Below are positions 47,244-50,509 of a stretch of 50,509 nt of DNA, in pieces. The stretch's first letter is position 1. Every line of letters begins with the position of its first letter. Source of the DNA: Eubacteriales bacterium (lineage in GTDB: Bacteria > Bacillota > Clostridia > Oscillospirales > CAG-272); assembly GCA_045588165.1 (NCBI GenBank), contig JAZNDP010000039.1:1-50509 (forward strand), read 5' to 3'. A program made the translations under genes and the position numbers. The notes under the pieces were generated by a model. That model searched no databases, was not told where the DNA came from, and saw nothing but the letters and a program-made list of their open reading frames with translations.

Positions 47244-48623
47244 TCACCGTCCGCCAACGGTTATCTTCTTGACACGGATCAAGGGCTGTCCCACGTCGGT
47301 GGGGACGCTTCCGCTGGAGGACCCGCACACGCCCTGCCCCGTGGCAAGATTTTGTCCGACCATGTCGATATCCCGCAGAATCTGGGATCCCGTTCCGATC
47401 AGGGACGCACCCCGCACCGGCTCGCAGATCCTTCCGTTGCGAATCATATATCCTTCTCTGACGGAGAAGTTAAACGCACCCGTCAGGGGATTGACCGAAC
47501 CGCCTCCCATTTCTTTGGCGTACAAGCCAAACTCAATCGAGGCAATGATATCCTCGTTTTTATCGGGTCCGTTATCAATGAAGGTATTGGTCATACGCGA
47601 GGTAGGCTCGTAGGTATATCCCTCGCGGCGGCTATTGCCCGTCATGGGCATTCCCATCCGCCGAGAACCGAGACGGTCGATCATATAGCTCTTCAGCACA
47701 CCCTTTTCGATCAGAACGTTTCTTCGGGTGGGATTTCCCTCGTCGTCGATATTCACCGAGCCCCACGCGCCCGCGATGGTTCCGTCGTCAATGGCGGTGA
47801 TCTTTTCATTGGCAACGGTCTGTCCCAGCTTTCCGCACATTTCCGACATGCCGACCCCCACCTGAGTTGCCTCTAAGGAGTGTCCGCACGCCTCGTGGAA
47901 GATCACCCCGCCAAAGCCGTTTTCGATGGCAACGGTCATCTGTCCTGCCTTGCAGTAATCGGCGCGGAGATTCGTCAGCGCCATATCCGCCGCGCGCCGT
48001 CCCACCTCGCATGGGTCGATCTGCTCAAACAGCTCCATTCCCATTCCCCGACCGGGGGCACAGCTTCCCGACTGATTTTCTCCGTTGGCGGAAGCCACGG
48101 TATTCACGATCAAGCGAGTGCGCACGTGTCTGTCACGCGCCAGAAGCCCCTCACTGTTTGCCACAAGGATCTCATGATCCACACCCAAAAGAGTTCCCTG
48201 CACCTGAGAGATCAGCTCGTCTCTCTCCATCGCGGCTCTGCACGCGGTTTTCAAAACATCTGATTTATGGGACAGCTCTGCCGTGCAAGGATTGACCCTG
48301 ACGGGATGACGGTCAAGAACCGTTTTGGGCGTCAGGCAAATAGAGATCTGCGCCTGTCCCTCTCCCATGGCATCCGCCGCCGAGCGGGCGCACCGAAGCA
48401 GTCCTTCACGCGTCAGGTCAGAGGTGGAGGCATAGACCGTTCTCTGCTCCCGAAAAACACGGATTCCCACACCGGACAGAACGGTATCTCCCACGCGGTC
48501 GATCTTCCCGTCCACAAATTGCAGACTGTTGTTTCTGGTATGCTGGGCATAGACCTCGGCAAAGTCTCCTCCGGTCGACATGGCAACCGAAATCAACTCC
48601 TCCATAAGAGTTTGTTTGATCAT
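47244..48623 (-). CDS. tldD: TldD metalloprotease
   Basis: GVIFHEACGHSLE (HExxxH), DDEG, TGNSRRE, RMTNT, GVCG (Cys ligand), VGQP. Confidence 0.93.
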   Translation of the reverse strand: MIKQTLMEELISVAMSTGGDFAEVYAQHTRNNSLQFVDGKIDRVGDTVLSGVGIRVFREQRTVYASTSDLTREGLLRCARSAADAMGEGQAQISICLTPKTVLDRHPVRVNPCTAELSHKSDVLKTACRAAMERDELISQVQGTLLGVDHEILVANSEGLLARDRHVRTRLIVNTVASANGENQSGSCAPGRGMGMELFEQIDPCEVGRRAADMALTNLRADYCKAGQMTVAIENGFGGVIFHEACGHSLEATQVGVGMSEMCGKLGQTVANEKITAIDDGTIAGAWGSVNIDDEGNPTRRNVLIEKGVLKSYMIDRLGSRRMGMPMTGNSRREGYTYEPTSRMTNTFIDNGPDKNEDIIASIEFGLYAKEMGGGSVNPLTGAFNFSVREGYMIRNGRICEPVRGASLIGTGSQILRDIDMVGQNLATGQGVCGSSSGSVPTDVGQPLIRVKKITVGGR

Positions 48624-48638
48624 GAGGCTCTCCTCTCG

Positions 48639-49775
48639 TCAGCTTTGGCTTCTCTCGCCAAGAATATTTCTGTATTTCTGATAAAAGCTTTCAAAATATC
48701 CGCCGTCAAGCGCCTTACGAATCTCTCGGGTCAGACTGTTGTAGAAGTAAAGATTGTGGGCGACGGCAAGGCGCATACCGAGGGATTCCTTTGCCTTGAT
48801 CAGATGTCTGATATAGGAACGGCTGTAATTCCGACAGGCGGGACAGCCGCAGTTCTCGTCAAAGGGCCTAGGATCCTTGGCGTACTTCTCGTTCAGCAGA
48901 TTCATCTTTCCGTGCCAGGTAAAGAGGTTTCCGTGACGGGCGTTTCGGCTGGGCATGACGCAGTCAAAGAAATCCACGCCCATATGAACCGCCTCCAAAA
49001 TGTTACAAGGCGTACCTACGCCCATCAGATAACGGGGCTTATCCTTCGGCATATGGGGCTCTACCGCGTCAATGATCCGATACATCTCCTCGGTCGTCTC
49101 TCCCACTGCAAGCCCGCCGATGGCGTATCCCGCCAGATCCAGCTCGGCAATCTGTTGCATGTGCGCAATCCGAAGATCCTCGTAGGTTCCTCCCTGATTG
49201 ATTCCGAACAAAAGCTGGTTTTTGTTGATGGTCTCGGGCAGGGTGTTGAGCCTGTCCATCTCTGCTTTACAGCGCACCAACCAACGGGCAGTTCTTGCGC
49301 AGGAATCCTTGACATAATTGTACGGCGCGGGGTTTTCCACGCACTCGTCGAATGCCATGGCAATCGTGGAGGCGAGGTGGGACTGAATCTGCATACTTTC
49401 CTCCGGTCCCATGAAGATCCGCTTTCCGTCGATATGGGAAGCGAACCGAACCCCCTCCTCAGTTATTTTACGCAGTTGTGACAGGGAAAATACCTGAAAT
49501 CCGCCGCTGTCGGTCAGAATGGGTCTTTCCCAGTTCATAAATTTGTGCAAGCCGCCCATCTCGTGGATCAGCTTATCTCCGGGACGGAGATGCAGATGAT
49601 AGGTATTGGAAAGCTCCACCTGACAATCCAGATCGATCAGCTCTCTGCTGGAAACACCGCCCTTGATTGCCGCGCAGGTTCCCACGTTCATAAACACAGG
49701 GGTTTGGATATCTCCGTGTACCGTATGTAATACGCCGCGTCTGGCGCGACCGTCCGTTGTTAAAATCTCAAACAT
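48639..49775 (-). CDS. tgt: tRNA-guanine transglycosylase (bacterial preQ1 type)
   Basis: TPVFMNVGT, NTYHL, TDSGGFQVFS, FDEC, GGLAVGE, RYLMGVG, DCVMP, Zn site CGCPAC..H. Confidence 0.97.
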   Translation of the reverse strand: MFEILTTDGRARRGVLHTVHGDIQTPVFMNVGTCAAIKGGVSSRELIDLDCQVELSNTYHLHLRPGDKLIHEMGGLHKFMNWERPILTDSGGFQVFSLSQLRKITEEGVRFASHIDGKRIFMGPEESMQIQSHLASTIAMAFDECVENPAPYNYVKDSCARTARWLVRCKAEMDRLNTLPETINKNQLLFGINQGGTYEDLRIAHMQQIAELDLAGYAIGGLAVGETTEEMYRIIDAVEPHMPKDKPRYLMGVGTPCNILEAVHMGVDFFDCVMPSRNARHGNLFTWHGKMNLLNEKYAKDPRPFDENCGCPACRNYSRSYIRHLIKAKESLGMRLAVAHNLYFYNSLTREIRKALDGGYFESFYQKYRNILGERSQS

Positions 49776-49792
49776 AGTTTCCTCTTTATTTC

Positions 49793-50509
49793 TTACGTTC
49801 TTTCAAACTGGTGATCCAGATTTTTCTTCGACAGCTCCATGGCAACGGGTCGTCCGTGAGGACAAACCGTGATATCCTCCAGCTCCATCAGCTTGGAGAC
49901 CAACCACGCAAGGTGTCCCTCCGGGTAGGCTCTGCCCGCCTTGATCGCCGCCTTGCAGGACGCCCCATAAAGCGCCTTTTCAAAAAGGATATCACGCGTC
50001 AGCTTTGCCGAGCCCGTATTGCTCTTCACCCGCTCCGCGATCACCGCCAGCATATCCGACACCGCGTCGGTAGAAATTCCCTCGGGAATTGCCGTCACGC
50101 TGACGGTATACTTTCCCGTGGTAAATTCGAAGCCCACCGCCTCGATCTCCTCGCGATAATCGGCAATTGCCTGAATCTCATCGCTTGTCAGCATGACCTC
50201 CAGAGGGAGCATCAGCATCTGGGACGCCTTCCCTCCCTGTTGCATGCCCGCCTTGAGCTGTTCAAACAGAATCCGCTCATGGGCGGCGTGCTGGTCGATC
50301 ACTAGCAGCTTATCCTCCACCTCTACCAGCACGTAGGCGTGAAAGGCGTCTCCGATGATTCGGTAGCTCTTGCTCTTGCTCTCCCTCTCCTCGACTACGG
50401 CGGGAGGAACGACAACGGGTTGCTCGGGGGGAGAAGCCACGGGCTCTTTCTTGATGGGCGCCGCAGACTCGGCTTTGGGAAATTCTGCCAAGGTCGGCTC
50501 CCGCTTCGG
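49793..50509 (-). CDS. mutL: DNA mismatch repair endonuclease MutL, C-terminal part (5' truncated by the window edge)
   Basis: DQHAAHERILFE, clamp-binding-like QMLMLP, SCKAAIK, CPHGRP; the frame stays open to the window end. Confidence 0.95.
   Translation of the reverse strand, partial: PKREPTLAEFPKAESAAPIKKEPVASPPEQPVVVPPAVVEERESKSKSYRIIGDAFHAYVLVEVEDKLLVIDQHAAHERILFEQLKAGMQQGGKASQMLMLPLEVMLTSDEIQAIADYREEIEAVGFEFTTGKYTVSVTAIPEGISTDAVSDMLAVIAERVKSNTGSAKLTRDILFEKALYGASCKAAIKAGRAYPEGHLAWLVSKLMELEDITVCPHGRPVAMELSKKNLDHQFERT

Noticed and set aside
45887-48623. TldD/PmbA plus radical SAM as a RiPP biosynthetic cluster
   Set aside because: No precursor peptide, YcaO, SPASM-type enzyme or exporter is adjacent, and the radical SAM gene is 10 kb away in a different operon

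Overview
Mostly core-genome DNA from an endospore-forming Clostridia-type firmicute. The assignment rests on the large Alu-containing SRP RNA, AddAB, alpha2-type GlyRS, endonuclease-motif MutL, a CwlD-like amidase and sigA/sigG/sigK-like promoters. The window holds about 33 genes: ffs (SRP RNA, runs off the left edge), secA, trmL, mnmA, plsY, serC-serA, trpS, split transketolase, htrA + OmpR-family two-component system + rlmA-like, addBA, araB-like ribulokinase, a TIGR03960/TIGR03936-type radical SAM pair, rlmB, guaB, cwlD, radA, glyQS, tldD/pmbA, tgt and a 3' part of mutL. I saw no mobile element, CRISPR array, rRNA or tRNA. The most unusual items are: (1) a 56-aa, ~89% Asn/Gln microprotein with a sigG-like promoter, a structured possibly pseudoknotted 5' UTR and its own terminator; (2) a P1B-ATPase-like membrane protein lacking the catalytic motifs, with an acidic N-terminus, coupled to the radical SAM pair; (3) a degenerate FolC-like protein and a non-canonical ThyX-like protein flanking serC-serA; (4) two related unknown membrane proteins downstream of secA; (5) a signal-peptide-less tandem DUF11-like protein with a sigK-like promoter (spore-surface candidate). 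All family calls come from motif recognition by eye; no searches were run.
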